A stretch of DNA of 64,000 nt from Eledone cirrhosa (Eukaryota): NCBI GenBank assembly GCA_964016885.1, contig OZ024740.1, positions 123,504,001-123,568,000 on the forward strand, given 5' to 3'. Below the pieces are notes generated by a model. It was not told where the DNA came from and searched no databases. It saw only the letters and a program-made list of their open reading frames with translations. The first letter of the stretch is position 1. Every line of letters starts with the position of its first letter. The position numbers and the translations under genes were made by a program. Shown in pieces: positions 1 to 13,254 of the stretch.

Positions 1-228
1 GCCTGAAATGTTCCTCATTTCTCGTACCAAAACCATAACCCCTGTGGATCCCATTGAAGCCATCACTGTGTTGCTTGATATGCCTATTAAAGTCAACTGC
101 AATGATGATAAAGTCATAGTCACTTATTTGGGAAATAAGGTACATTCGGCACTCTTAGGGCCAATCTTTTAGTAAATCTGGCAGTCCAGATTGAGGTACA
201 TATGTAAACACAATAGTCACTGTCTTTT

Positions 229-503
229 TATTTAGTACAGTATAACTTCAATGATATTCTCATGCATTCTATTTATAGCAATTACCTTGTCTACCATTTT
301 TTCTGCTACCATAGTCCGTTCTCTACCCAACCCATTGTTATTTCTTGTCCAGAAATGTTGTAGCGTCGTTGTTTCCCTGCAGGAAATCTAGCTGATATTC
401 CCTCCACACAGCACACATTAAATTTCTTTCAGTCAAGCATATCTACAATCTTTCCAGATCTACCTTTCATCATGCCTACATTGATTGTGCCAGCTCTGAA
501 ATT
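229..503 (-). pseudogene. Degenerate N-terminal APE endonuclease of an RTE-clade LINE
   Basis: Minus-strand translation gives NFRAGTINVGMMKGRSGKIVDMLD*KKFNVCCVEG, then after a frameshift FWTRNNNGLG...VAEKMVDKVIAINR. This resembles the GTxNVGTM-GR...DICCxQE...FWxG start of RTE endonucleases and contains stops and frameshifts. Confidence 0.6.
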
Positions 504-1300
504 ATGGTATTCACCAGAGGAGTGAGAGGTAGAAGATGCAAACTTTGTAGGAGGAATAAGAGGTGGGTTGGTGTTGGTTTTACATGTGTGAAATAAAGAA
601 GAGCATTTATGTAGTTGTCCAGAGATGGATGCTGAGTTCATATTCATCTTAAGGAATGCTCCAATTTTGTATTACATTTACCGTATAGAAAGACATCAGA
701 CGCATAACAACCATAGAAGGAGGAGTTGTGTTGGTTATTGTAATAGATACTGAGTTAACAGCTATATGTTTGTACTGTAGCGTGTTGATTGGTCTACATG
801 GCTATGGTGGTATAAAGGGGACAGAGGTAGGGGGAAATAGCAGATGACGAAAGAGAAATGAAAATTGTAATCGAGAGGAAAGAAGTTGAGTGACAAGAGG
901 AGTAATGTATGATAAAGGAAATAGCTGGAGAAAAACACAAGAGTTTAACATTACTTTGGTGAATGAACGAGGAATAGGGCCTTATGTGCATGTTCCTTGT
1001 GCTTATAAGCATATATGAAGTGAGAGGAGTTGTGCTCTCCCTTAAATGAAAGCAATGCAAGAAGGCATGGGGGATTCAATTTTCTCGAGAATAATCTAAC
1101 TGGGGACAAAAGGGAAACGAAAAATGTAATCGAGAGGAAACAAGTTGTATGGCCTGAGGAGTAAAGTAGGATAATAGATTTAGCTTGATATATATAGTGG
1201 GCAGGAGAGGAGATGACATTGGTATTTACATGTGATTGATATCAAGGATTACAGCTGTACAAAAAGGTGCAGAGTGGTCAAAGTAGATGAAAGCTATGGA

Positions 1301-1301
<1 letters not shown>

Positions 1302-1346
<45 letters not shown>

Positions 1347-1361
1347 GTTTATATATGTATG

Positions 1362-1414
<53 letters not shown>

Positions 1415-1571
1415 GTGTGTGTATGTGTCTGTGTGTGTGTATATATATATATATATTTATATATGTGTATGGATATATATATATGTATGTATATATATGT
1501 TTGTTTATATATATATATGTTTATATATCTATAGGTTTATATATATATATATGTTTACATATATATATGTT

Positions 1572-1611
<40 letters not shown>

Positions 1612-1753
1612 TATATGTATGTATATATGTATGTATATATGTATGTATGTATGTATATATGTATGTATATATGTGTATATATGTGTATATATGTATGTAT
1701 ATATGTATGTATGTATATATGTATGTATATATATATCTATGTATATATATATC

Positions 1754-1785
<32 letters not shown>

Positions 1786-1969
1786 TATGTATGTATATAT
1801 ATGTTTATATATGTATATATATGTATGTATATATATCATATGTATATATCTATGTATGTATATATCTATGTATGTATATATATATGTATGTATATCTATG
1901 TATGTATATATATATGTATGTATATCTATATATGTATATATATATATGTATATGTATGTATATATATGT

Positions 1970-2023
<54 letters not shown>

Positions 2024-2026
2024 GTT

Positions 2027-2073
<47 letters not shown>

Positions 2074-2442
2074 GTTTATATATATATATTTTTATATATA
2101 TATATGTATATATGTATATATATATATATATGTATGTTTATATATATATATATGTATGTTTATATATATATATATGTATGTTTATATATATATATATGTA
2201 TGTTTATATATATATATATGTATGTTTATATATATATATGTATGAATATATATATATATGTATGAATATGTATATATATGTATGAATATGTATATATATG
2301 TATGAATATATATATATATGTATGAATATATATATATATGTATGAATATATATATATATGTATGTATATATATATGTATGTATATATATATGTTTGTATA
2401 TATATGTTTATATATATATGTATATATATATATATGTTTATA

Positions 2443-2495
<53 letters not shown>

Positions 2496-2907
2496 ATATG
2501 TATGTATATATATATGTATGTATATATATATGTATGTATATATATATGTATGTATATATATATGTATGTATATATATATGTATGTATATATATATGTATG
2601 TATATATATATGTATGTATATATATATGTATGTATATATATATGTATGTATATATATATGTATGTATATATATATGTATGTATATATATATGTTTATGTA
2701 TATATATATGTTTATGTATATATATATGTTTATGTATATATATATGTTTATGTATATATATGTTTATATATATATATATGTATATACATATATATATATA
2801 TATATGTATATATATATGTAGGTATATATATATATATATGTTTATATATATATATGTATGTATATATATGTTTATATATATATATATGTATGTATATATA
2901 TATATAT
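1302..2907. repeat. (TA)n microsatellite with TATG/TGTT/TGAA variant units
   Basis: Directly visible; source of the poly-Y/I ORFs. Confidence 0.97.
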
Positions 2908-3368
2908 GTTTGTCAAAGGGCAAAGGAGCTCTTAAGAGTCAATGGCCATCCAAAATCACCGGGAGAGATGACCCCTTAGCCTTTGTCAAGGCAGAATTCT
3001 AGGAGAAGGAAAACTCTGATATAACACCTGCAACCCTGATGGTATCCAATGATGTTGACTTGGTCTTCTTTTTGGTAAATATCATCTTGGTTAAGAGAGT
3101 GGGACTGGCTTTGTGCAGTGCCTTTGCTCACTATAAAAGCTTCACGGCACAGGCATTGCTTTATATCTGGAGATCTCTCTGCACTTGTCGTCACATGGTA
3201 CCATGGGCCCAGCACTATGTGTCAATAATTGTCACAAGTGTAGTGTTTGTACCAGAGTTGTCAAGTCGCTGGCTGGACTAAAAAGCTACACTCGTTCAGC
3301 GCATCGGTAGGAGTTCTTCTACATGGATATAAAGTAGTGGCCGTACTCGAAAACGAGTTGGCAGCCAA
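2908..3368 (+). mobile_element. Short dispersed element, probably RTE-related and non-autonomous; second copy at 55814-56195
   Basis: About 380 bp are near-identical to 55814-56195. It contains CTAGGAGAAGGAAAACTCTGA, a motif I recognise from RTE-clade 5' UTRs. Both copies end at GAGTTGGCAGCCA next to (TA)n. Confidence 0.55.
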
Positions 3369-4654
3369 CATGTTTATATATATATATGTATGTACATATA
3401 TGTTTATATATATATATATGTATGTATATATATATATATGTTTATATATATATATGTATGTATATATATATATATGTTTATATATATATATGTATGTACA
3501 TATATGTTTATATATATATATGTATATATATATGTTTATATATGTATGTATATATATCTATATGTATAAAACAGATGATGTCTGTCTGTGTGCCTGTTTC
3601 CCTAAAACTCGAGAAGTACCCAACCGTTCTTTTTTCAAACTTTACAAATGTAACCCGTATGGCCCCGGAAGTGTTTTGGGCCAAAAAAAATTTCAAAATA
3701 TTCTGACCTAGGGATCGAATTAGTGAAGTGGCCAATGTCTGTACATAATGAGGGAGGGAGAGAAAGAAACGGAGAGGCGAATTGAAGAAGTGGTTCTTTA
3801 CTCATCCTCCTTCTCCCCATTCGTCACATCATTTTTCGATACAGGGGAGAAATGTGAACAAGTTACAGAGAGAAAGAGTGAGAGTGAAATAAACAGACAT
3901 ACTAAAAGAGAGAGATAGCGGGAGAGAGAGAGAGTGACAGACGCAGTCTTTTGAGAGTTGTATGCGTCAAAGATACATGACAGTGGAATAATTATTACAT
4001 GTGTGTGTGTACGTGCGCGCATGATTATAAACTCTCTCACATGGTCTGATGGAATTAACCCTTTAGAATTTGCATTATTCTATATATACTATATTATGTT
4101 CATGGTAAAGGCTTTATCTCACATAATATAAAAATCTCATTGATTTAATATTATTTATTTTGAGAACAATACCTTAACCCTTTAGTATTAATGTGAGTGA
4201 GTTATAAAGAGAAAGAGTGAGAGTGAAAGAAACAGACACACTGAAGGAGGGGGATAGCGGGAGAGAGAGAGAGAGACGCTGGAAGAGGGGATGGAAAGCT
4301 ATAAGTAATTAACACGTGTGTATGGGGGGTGGGGCGTGTGTGTGTGTGTGTGCTCGCGCAGGGTTCCATTATGAGTTAAATCTATTAACATGTGTGTGTG
4401 TGAGTTTGCGTGCGTTTCTGCTTTTGCATGCTTCAGTGTGTGTGTGTCCTTGCGTGTGGCGTTTCATTTACGCCATTTTTGTCACTGACAACATATTCAC
4501 TAACTTACACTCATTCCAACCGCTGCTCTTACTGTTACCCCTCTCCCTATCCATACCCCGTTCGGAAATCACATGCATCGGTTTTTAATTCACTGACGAG
4601 TTTACTCCTTACTCTACCGGTGAGTTTCAATGTACTTCGTACTGCTTTTAGGTC

Positions 4655-7600
4655 ATGCCTCGAAGGAAGAGATACTCCATTGGCCGAAAAACTGCGAAAG
4701 CAGCAACAACACGAACAGGGCGGGCAAACAAATCGTCAGTGGAATCTGCTATTCGACGGTCGCAAGATGCTAAACGTACTGCCACCAGAAGATCACTTGA
4801 AACAGACAATCAACGAACCATGCGCCGAACCGCTAATGCCGCATCAACTTCTGTTGCACAAGCAGCCGAGACGGACGACCAGCGTAAAAGACGTCGGAGT
4901 ACGGATGCTGCGAATACTGCTGCTGCGCGAGCTGCCGAGACGTACGACCAGCGTAAAAGACGTCGGAGTACGGATTCTGCGAATACTGCTGCTGTGCGAG
5001 CTACACAGACCTCGCAAGAACGAGACGTTCGACTACAATGTAATGCTCAACGAAGGGCCTTTGGACAGGGTATTTCAAGGCCGTGTAGCTCACGATGGTC
5101 CTTGAAAGCATTCGAGTACAACCCTGACTTTGATTACAGTGGCCATCCAGGCATGCGAATTGGGAGTATGTCAAAGACGTGCTCTTTCTGCAATGCAAAA
5201 AAGTGGCCCGGCGAAACACCTGGCTTGTGTTGCGCAAATGGAAAAGTAAAATTACGTCCCCTGGAGGATCCACCACAACCGTTGAAGCTCCTATATTCAG
5301 GTAGTACTGCGGAGTCACAGCATTTCCTGACTTACATCCGGAGGTATAACTGTGCTTTCTAAATGACATCTTTCGGGGGGAACATTGTCAAGGAAGGCGG
5401 ATTTATGCCCAGATTTAAGGTTCAAGGTCAGGTGTACCATAGAATCGAATCCCTCCAACCTGCCACCAATCAAGAACCTCAATTTATTCAGCTGTACCTT
5501 GTTGGGAATGTCAACGAGCAGGCAGCCATGAGGTACTCCATTTCACCAGCATAATCCAGTAAACACTCAACACTCCGTCAAAAAACCAGTTTCATGCATG
5601 GGTTTCTACTCCTACCGCTTCATGGTTCGCCACGATTCCTCCAATCACCTGTACCAGTCAAGAGACATACTTCAGCAAATTGCCGTTGATATGTGCGCAA
5701 AAATAGAATTGGAGAGACTGTGTTTCATACGGTCACAACAAAGGCAACTGCGGTCCGAAAGCTACATCCATCTCCGAGATGCCATCAACAATGACGCAGC
5801 TCCCAGCAGCGTAGGAAAAGTCTGCATTCTCACCTCCACCTTCACCGGAAGTCCGCGCTACATGCACGAGAGAACGCAGGATGCTATGACCTACGTACGG
5901 CATTACTGCAGGCCCGATCTGTTCACATTCACTTGCAACCCAAAGTGGAAGGAGATCGGGGCAGAACTGTTCCAAGAGCAACAGGCCATAGACAGGCATG
6001 ACCTCCTGGCCCGAGTCTTTCGGCTGAAGCTTATCAATCTCATGGAGCTCATCAAGAGGCCAAGTCTTTGACCCAGTAAAGTGCGACATGTAAACCGTAG
6101 AGTGGCTGAAGAGGGGCCTACCGCACGCCCACATCCTCATTTGGTTGTCAACAAAAATATCTTCAAATGATATTGACAGCATCATCTCCGCAGAGTTTGC
6201 CGATCCGTCTATAGACAAAGACCACTATGACATAGTGAAGACAAACATGGTCCATGGTCCATGTGGGCGGGGCTTCAATTTAAGCTCACCTTGCTTGAAC
6301 GACAATGTCTGCAGCAAAAGATTTCCCCGAAAGTTCCTCCAAGAAACCCAAACTGGCGTTGACGGATACCCACTGTACAGGCGACGCCAACCCGGAGACG
6401 GTCGTTTTACAGCAACAGTTGGACAGCACGAGGTCGACAACAGATGGATAGTGCGATACTGCCCATTTCTTTCCAAGACCTTCGGTGCTCACATCAATGT
6501 CGAGTTCTGTAATTCTGTCAAATCAAACAAGTACATATGTAAATATGTGAATAAGGGTTCAGACGCTGCTATGTTCGGTCTTCAACAAGCCAACATTCGT
6601 GATGAGGTCACGCAATACCAAGTTGGCAGTTACATCAGCAGCAACGAGGCTTTCTGGCCTATTTTCGGCTTCCCTATACATCAAAGGTACCCTGCAATTG
6701 AACAGCTCGCAGTCCACCTGGAGAACGGTCAAAGGGTGTACTTCACTGACGTTAATGCTGTTCAAATGGTGGCAGAACCACGGTAAAAACCACCCTCACT
6801 GCATTATTCCAAATTTGTCAGGCCGATTCATTTGCTCAAACCCTGCAGTATCCTCAGGTGTCGTCCAATTACACGTGGAATAAAAAACAATGGGTTCGCA
6901 GAAATGTAGGTCAGCCTGTTGATGGACATCCTGGTATAAAGTTTGACAGTTGCCTAGGGAGTGTATACACAGTGCACTCGAACCAGCATGAATGCTTCTA
7001 CCTCCGTCTTCTGCTACATGAGGTTAGAGGACCCCAGTCTTTCATGACGTTAGAACTGCCGACGGTTCTGTGTGCAGCACTTACAGGGAAGCTTGCTTCA
7101 AGCGCGGCCAGCTAGAAGACGGTGCGCAGTGGGATGCCACTTTATTCGAAGCTATTGCATCTCAATCGCCTATGCGCCTACGATCTCTATTTGCAGTACT
7201 GTTGCAAACTTGCGAACTGAGTAATCCTAACTCTTTATGGCTCAAGTATAAAGATGACTTATCCGAGGACTACAAACGCCAGGTGCAAGTGCAATACGCT
7301 GAGATGGAATGTACCAGCGACGAGGTCTTCAATATAGCGTTGATTGACATAGAGGATAGAGTTGCATCACTCGGCGGAAATTATTTTCCCTCATATGGTC
7401 TGCCCAAACCAATCCGTACAGGGTCAAACATACTTCCTACAGCTCTTCTCCGAGAAACGTTCTACGACATCGATGCTCTTACCAAATACGTCCTAGAAAC
7501 TGAACCACAACTTCTTCCGGACCAACGTCGTGCTTACAGCATTGTTGCCGACCATGTGCGCCACAGAAAAAGGAGATATGTTCTTTCTGGATTCTCCTGC

Positions 7601-8868
7601 AGGGACTGGCAAAACATTTTTAACGAGACTCCTCCTTGCAAAAGTCAGGATGCACAAGGACATTGCGGTTGCTGTTGCCTCTTCTGAAATTGCTGCCACT
7701 TTGTTCCCCGTGGCAGGACCGCACACTCCAGTTTTAAATTGCCTCTTAATTTAACAACGTCAGAAACGCCTACTTGCAGCATCAGCAACACCTCCGACCG
7801 GGGCCAACTCCTAACACGATGTCAGCTCATTGTGTGGGATGAGTGCACCATGGCTCATAAGGGAGCTCGGGACGCATTAAAGAGAGCTCTAAAGGACATC
7901 AGAGGCTTCCAGGCTCCCATGGGATGTGTTACGCTTCTGCTTTCGGGTGACTTCAGGCAATCTCTTCCCGTCATTCCCAAAGGCACAAGAGCAGATGAGG
8001 GCCAAGCATACCTAAAGTCCTCTCCTCTGTGGCGCCATGACAGGACACTGATTCTTACAACCAACAGGAGAGTTTAATTACACGGCGACCAAACGCCCGC
8101 AGGATTTGCGCAGGACATTTTGAAACTTGTCGACGGCAAAATACCTCTGGACGCTGCAGGAGAGTTGGAAGTGTGGCCAATTTCGACCGCAGTTAATTCT
8201 GCGTGGGAGCTGAAAGACAAAGTGTTTCCAGATTTGAGAGACAATTACCAGAACCACGCATGGTTGTGTGAAAGAGCAGTGCTAGCTCCAAAAAACGTTG
8301 CTGTTAACAAAACCAACGACGAACTACTGCACCCCCTTCCTGGTGTTCGTCACACTTACAAATCTGTTGACACGATGCCAGATCCCAATGAAGTGGTGAA
8401 CTTTCTGCCGGAGTTCCTCAATTCTTTGGAGCCCCCAGGACTACCTCTTCACATGCTTCTCCTTAAAGTTGGCACCCTTGTAATGCTGCTGCGGAGTTTG
8501 GAACAACCAAGACTGTGCAACGGTACATGGCTGGCTGTAAACAGATTGTTGGCACATGTAATCGAGGCAACAATCCTTTCTGGATGCGGAAAAGGTGATG
8601 ATGTCTTCATTCCGAGAATTCCTTTCATTCCCTCGGGAGCAGAAATTCAGATCACCTTCCGAAGACTCCAATTTCCACTTCGGGTCAGTTTTGCTACGTC
8701 CATCAAGAAGTCCCAGAGACAGATCCTTTCTGTGGCCGGACTTCTTCTGGAAGAACCGTGTTTCTCCCACGGACAATTGGGTGCTCTATAGTGGGCAGCA
8801 GGGAAAGTCTTTTCGCATTTGCACGCCGAAGAAAAAAAAGAAACATCGTTTACAACGAGGTGTTGTAA
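4655..8868 (+). pseudogene. Helitron RepHel (HUH Rep + PIF1-like SF1 helicase) with many stops and frameshifts
   Basis: Zn motif CSFCNAKKWPGETPGLCCANG. Rep motifs DLFTFTCNPKW, EWLKRGLPHAHILIW, KYICKYVNKG. Helicase motifs DSPAGTGKTF, IVWDECTM, LLSGDFRQSLPV, LAPKN, RLQFPLRVSFA, FSHGQL. Ends VYNEVL*. Confidence 0.95.
4860..5010 (+). repeat. 66-bp in-frame tandem repeat (22 aa, AAETxDQRKRRRSTDxANTAAxR) in the RepHel N-terminus
   Basis: GCCGAGACG.ACGACCAGCGTAAAAGACGTCGGAGTACGGA occurs twice 66 bp apart, with degenerate copies on either side. Confidence 0.85.
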
Positions 8869-9759
8869 ATGCAACAGCGATGAGATAGGTCCGTAATCAC
8901 CATTTCTTTAGCCACCCTGGTGAGCTTTTAAACAGTCTCTTAACTAAAACGTATGTTTCCCTCTGTTAAAGATGATCGCCTTCAGAGAGGAACCCAGCTT
9001 AACAATCGGCGCGGCAATTGAAGGCGGCTGAAGAAATCGTGAATGCGACAGAGTCATTCTACTGGCTGCAAATGAACGCAACTGAAGTACTTTTTGCGGC
9101 CGTTGGAGAACGCAGTCAAAGTACTTTCAAAGGCTGCAAGTGAACGATCAAACGGCCCCTTTTAGGGCCGAAATTGTTGATGGTGAGCCCTCATTTTTAG
9201 GGCTGTCAGTGAACGCACACAGAACCCTATATAAGAGGCTCCACTTAAAATTGTTTGATGGCTACAGCAATGGTAAATTCATATCGACCAGCATCTGCTA
9301 AAACAGTGTTCTAAGCGTCTTAACAAGCCCTGTTTACCTTTACTTTTTTTTCCTAACAGCATTTGCTTCCTTTGGTTAAAGATGAACACACAAACGACCA
9401 TTTCTTAGCCCCCCTCCCCACCTTCATGAAATTGGAAATTTATTTTGCTCACAACAATTATTTTTTTTATGAACTCAGAATTGATTTCATAGTGTGTCCC
9501 AATTGAAGAATAAATTGAATTTTGAATAACACATTTCTGTACAACATATTTTGCTCTTCTAATATGTAAGGAACAATTTCATTCCCGAGCAACGCCGGAT
9601 GCCTATTCTAGTATATATATATATATGTTTATATATATATATATATATATGTTTATATATATATATATATGTTTATATATATATATATATATAAACATAT
9701 ATATATATATATGTTTATATATATATATATATATAAACATATATATATATATATGTTTA

Positions 9760-9792
<33 letters not shown>

Positions 9793-9797
<5 letters not shown>

Positions 9798-10030
9798 ATA
9801 TTAACAAATGGAAACTATATTTATAAACCTAATCTATATTCTATCTTATCTAATGAAAGCGCACCATAATCTGGTGGCCCTTGAAATATGTATAATGAAA
9901 TAAATATGGTTTTATAAATATAGTTTCCATTTGTTAATATATTGTATATTTACTCCAATAATTTGTTGTGTGCTTTATATCAGATATAAAAAATATTTTG
10001 CTTGTTGTATCCCAACAAATTAAATGTAAC
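9793..10030 (+). mobile_element. Short PLE pseudo-LTR-like fragment with inverted 5' piece and degenerate HHR (same family as 13542-13920)
   Basis: 9793-9829 is the reverse complement of ~9908-9946. 9850-9940 matches 13824-13920, but the core is mutated to CTAATGA. Confidence 0.65.
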
Positions 10031-10317
10031 CTCTACACATATATATATATATGTTTATATATATATATATGTTTATATATATATGTTTATATATATATAT
10101 ATGTTTATATATATATGTTTATATATATATATATGTTTATATATATATGTTTATATATATATATATGTTTATATATATATGTTTATATATATATATATAT
10201 GTTTATATATATATATATATATATATGTTTATATATATATATGTTTATATATATATATATGTTTATATATATATATATATGTTTATATATATATGTTTAT
10301 ATATATATATATATATG

Positions 10318-10440
10318 AGGTAGTAGAGTGGGTAATAGGAACCAGTAAGACCCCGACAGCTGAGCTCAAGCCGTTTCGACGGCTAATTCTGAATTAGCCG
10401 TCGAAACGGCTTGAGCTCAGCTGTCGGGGTCTTACTGGTT

Positions 10441-10443
<3 letters not shown>
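10318..10443. repeat. Perfect ~54-bp-arm palindrome; miniature head-to-head copy of the 11220-13191 family
   Basis: TAGGAACCAGTAAGACCCCGACAGCTGAGCTCAAGCCGTTTCGACGGCTAATTC-T-GAATTAGCCGTCG...GGTTCCTA. Confidence 0.9.
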
Positions 10444-10479
<36 letters not shown>

Positions 10480-10491
10480 TTTTATATATAT

Positions 10492-10564
<73 letters not shown>

Positions 10565-10569
<5 letters not shown>

Positions 10570-10750
10570 TAATAAAAGGAACTGTTTCTTTGTTTTTATT
10601 CATTATTTTTATTAATTTATCTTGACTCTGTTTTCCTGTGTTTTTCATCGAACAAATTTTGAATACATCTTCTCTTTTCATGATATCTGGATTCCATTGA
10701 GTTCTTCATACGGATTGAACATTACCGTATATTTTGGTAGATTTATCTAC
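10565..10750 (+). mobile_element. 3'-terminal fragment of the PLE family at 33800-43670
   Basis: Reverse complement matches 15475-15660 and 33800-33990; ends ...TTGGTAGATTTATCTAC|(AT)n. Confidence 0.75.
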
Positions 10751-10783
10751 ATATATATATATATATATATATATACCCAGGGG

Positions 10784-10834
<51 letters not shown>

Positions 10835-10930
10835 TATGTATATATATGTTTATGTATATATATGTTTATATATATATATATATATATATGTTTATATATA
10901 TATATATATGTTTATATATATATATATGTT

Positions 10931-10984
<54 letters not shown>

Positions 10985-11309
10985 TATATATATATATATA
11001 TATATGTTTATATATATATGTTTATATATATATGTATATATATAAGATAAAAATACTTGAGTGCATTAGAGTTAAACACACTCGTCGTATTAGGGAAATG
11101 ACAGTATAAGATATAGCTCAATGTTATCTAACAGACCCGAAAAATTATATAAATGTTTATATATATATAAATGTTTATATATGTTTATATATATGTTTAT
11201 ATATATATACATATATAACGAATGAAATGTTGTAAGGAACCAGGTGGACCATAACGCAACAAAGTACTCAATACTTAGGGTTGTAGAGTGGGTAATAGGA
11301 ACGAGTAGG

Positions 11310-11405
11310 ACCCCGACGGCTGAGCTCAAGCCGTTTCGACGGCTAGTTCTGGACTAAATGAAAATGTTTATCCTGGTTTATGAATAGCCGAGCTTCTCAG
11401 GGGGT
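11310..11405 (-). ncRNA. Hammerhead-like ribozyme with variant core CUGAGAA
   Basis: Reverse-complement copy of 13083-13176; stem I ACCCC/GGGGU. Confidence 0.6.
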
Positions 11406-13082
11406 AATTCCATATATGGTAAATGTGATTGTCACAAGGAATGGTCAAAAGTTTGTTGTTGAGACACATAATTCTATCATGGCAATTTGTGGAAGGAAGG
11501 GGTAGCTGAACCTGCCAGTAGAAGAAAGAGGGAGAGGGAGTGCAGGAAACCCAGTCGTGCGTTGATAGTGCCAACTACAGCAGGGCAGGAGGTCAAGCAA
11601 GTGTACTATGGAGGGGGAGGGGGAGGAAGTCGAAACAATAAGTAAATCAATATGGAGTAAATATATAGAAGAATACCAAGAATGTTAAAAATATAAGAAA
11701 ACAATTTCCGGTTACTATTCCCTAACGGCAGCCACCAAGTCTCTCACTGGAACTGCTAAACTATAGAAAAGTTTACTAGGTGGGACGGAATTTTAATGAG
11801 ACGATTTTAAGAGTTAGTATTAATCAACCGAATATATCTTACGGTGACAGGCCAACAAGTGCTCTAAAAAGCGGAGTCGGCCAATTCTATCATAGAATAG
11901 GGGATGGGGTGGGGTTACTGAGGTTACCCCCCCCCCCCGGGGGGGGGGTAGACAAGGGCTGTAACACCCCACTTGCCGACTTTGTAATGGGTCACTTCTG
12001 CTTGCAAAGGTAGACGTAAGATCTTTTATATCTTTTTATCGTTTCCTCTATATTTCCTTCTTCCTCCTATCCCTTCCTAGTCCTTCCACCCCAGTCCTCC
12101 TTCTTTGTCGTCGTCCTTTTCACTTTCTCGCCCACCCGTGGCAGCCCCTAGGACCTTTGTAGCCTCAGTACCTCCACCCCCATCCCCTATTCTATGATAG
12201 AATTGGCCGACTCCGCTTTTTATAGCAGATGTGATAGACCCAAGATACTTGCTTTCTTATCCGATAGGTGCCTCATTTCCGTGCTTTCTACATTTCTTAG
12301 TGGTATCTTTGCTTTAATTTCTCGTATATTAGTATTTATTTTTTGGGGGGGGGGGGGGGATTCTGAATTAATTTTCCGTATCAAACTTTTCATATACTTC
12401 GTACGAGCATTTATGTAGTTTGCACTAGAATTTTTGTATCGGAGCGGCACCCTTAGAGATAGCATTAGTATTCATTTTCGAGGTTCTGAATTATTATTTC
12501 GTATTAGTTTATTTTTTGCACTGGGTGGTCGCTGGCCTTGTGCCTAGGGTAGAAACAATTATTTCATATTAGTTTCGGGACTCTGAATTATTATTTCGTT
12601 GTAGTTTCTTTAGAATTTTGGCCCCCCACTTGTTGACCTGTCAACGTAAGATATATTCGGTTGATTACAACTAACTCTTAAAATGGTCTCATTACAATTC
12701 CGCCCCATCTAGTAAACTTTTCTATAGTTTAGCAGTTCCAGTGAGAGACATGGTGGCTGCCGTTAGGGAATAGTAACCAGAAATTGTTTTTTTATATTTT
12801 TAACATTCTTGGTATTCTTCTATATATTTACTCCATATTGATTTACTTATTGTTTCGACTTCCTCCCTCTCCCCCTCCCTAGTACACTTGCTTGACTTCC
12901 TTCCCTGCTGTAGTTGGCACTATCAACACACGACTGGGTTTCCTCCACTCCCTCTCCCTCTTTCTTCTACTGGCAGGTTTAGCTACCCCTTCCTTCCACA
13001 AATTGCCATGATAGAATTATGTGTCTCACAACAAACTTTTGACCAATCGTTGTGACAATCACTTTTACAATATATGGAATTA

Positions 13083-13176
13083 CCCCCTGAGAAGCTCGGC
13101 TATACATATACCTGGATAAACAATTTCATTTAGTCCAGAACTAGCCGTCGAAACGGCTTGAGCTCAGCCGTCGGGG
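13083..13176 (+). ncRNA. Hammerhead-like ribozyme with variant core CUGAGAA and 56-nt stem II
   Basis: CCCC-CUGAGAA-G..CGGCUA...CUGGA...UCCAG...UAGCCG.C-GAAA-CGGCU(UGAGCUC)AGCCG-UC-GGGG; GUC cleavage triplet. Confidence 0.6.
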
Positions 13177-13254
13177 ACCTACTCGTTCCTATATATAAAT
13201 ATATATATATATATATACATTCATTTAATTTATTAATTTATTAATTTATTATTT

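Larger units (their letters stand above)
3557..9611 (+). mobile_element. Full-length decayed autonomous Helitron
   Basis: 5' end TC (TCTATATGTATAAAAC...) after an A; 3' hairpin CCCGAGCAACGCCGG followed by CTAG at 9608-9611 and then T; encloses the Rep/helicase coding region. Confidence 0.9.
11220..13191. mobile_element. Non-coding head-to-head inverted element (PLE pseudo-LTR type) with an HHR-like motif in each arm
   Basis: Arms ~11297-11861 and ~12627-13191 are reverse complements with scattered substitutions. There is a second internal inverted pair, ~11865-11927 vs ~12159-12222. Confidence 0.8.

Noticed and set aside
858-1190. Imperfect ~70 bp direct repeat (~861-928 vs ~1121-1188)
   Set aside because: Degenerate duplication in the presumed 5' region of the old RTE fragment; no further structure seen.
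11220-13191. Inverted arms as TIRs of a DNA transposon or MITE
   Set aside because: The arms end at unequal positions, carry HHR-like motifs and lack a transposase; the layout matches the other PLE-type inversions. TSDs cannot be assessed in (TA)n.
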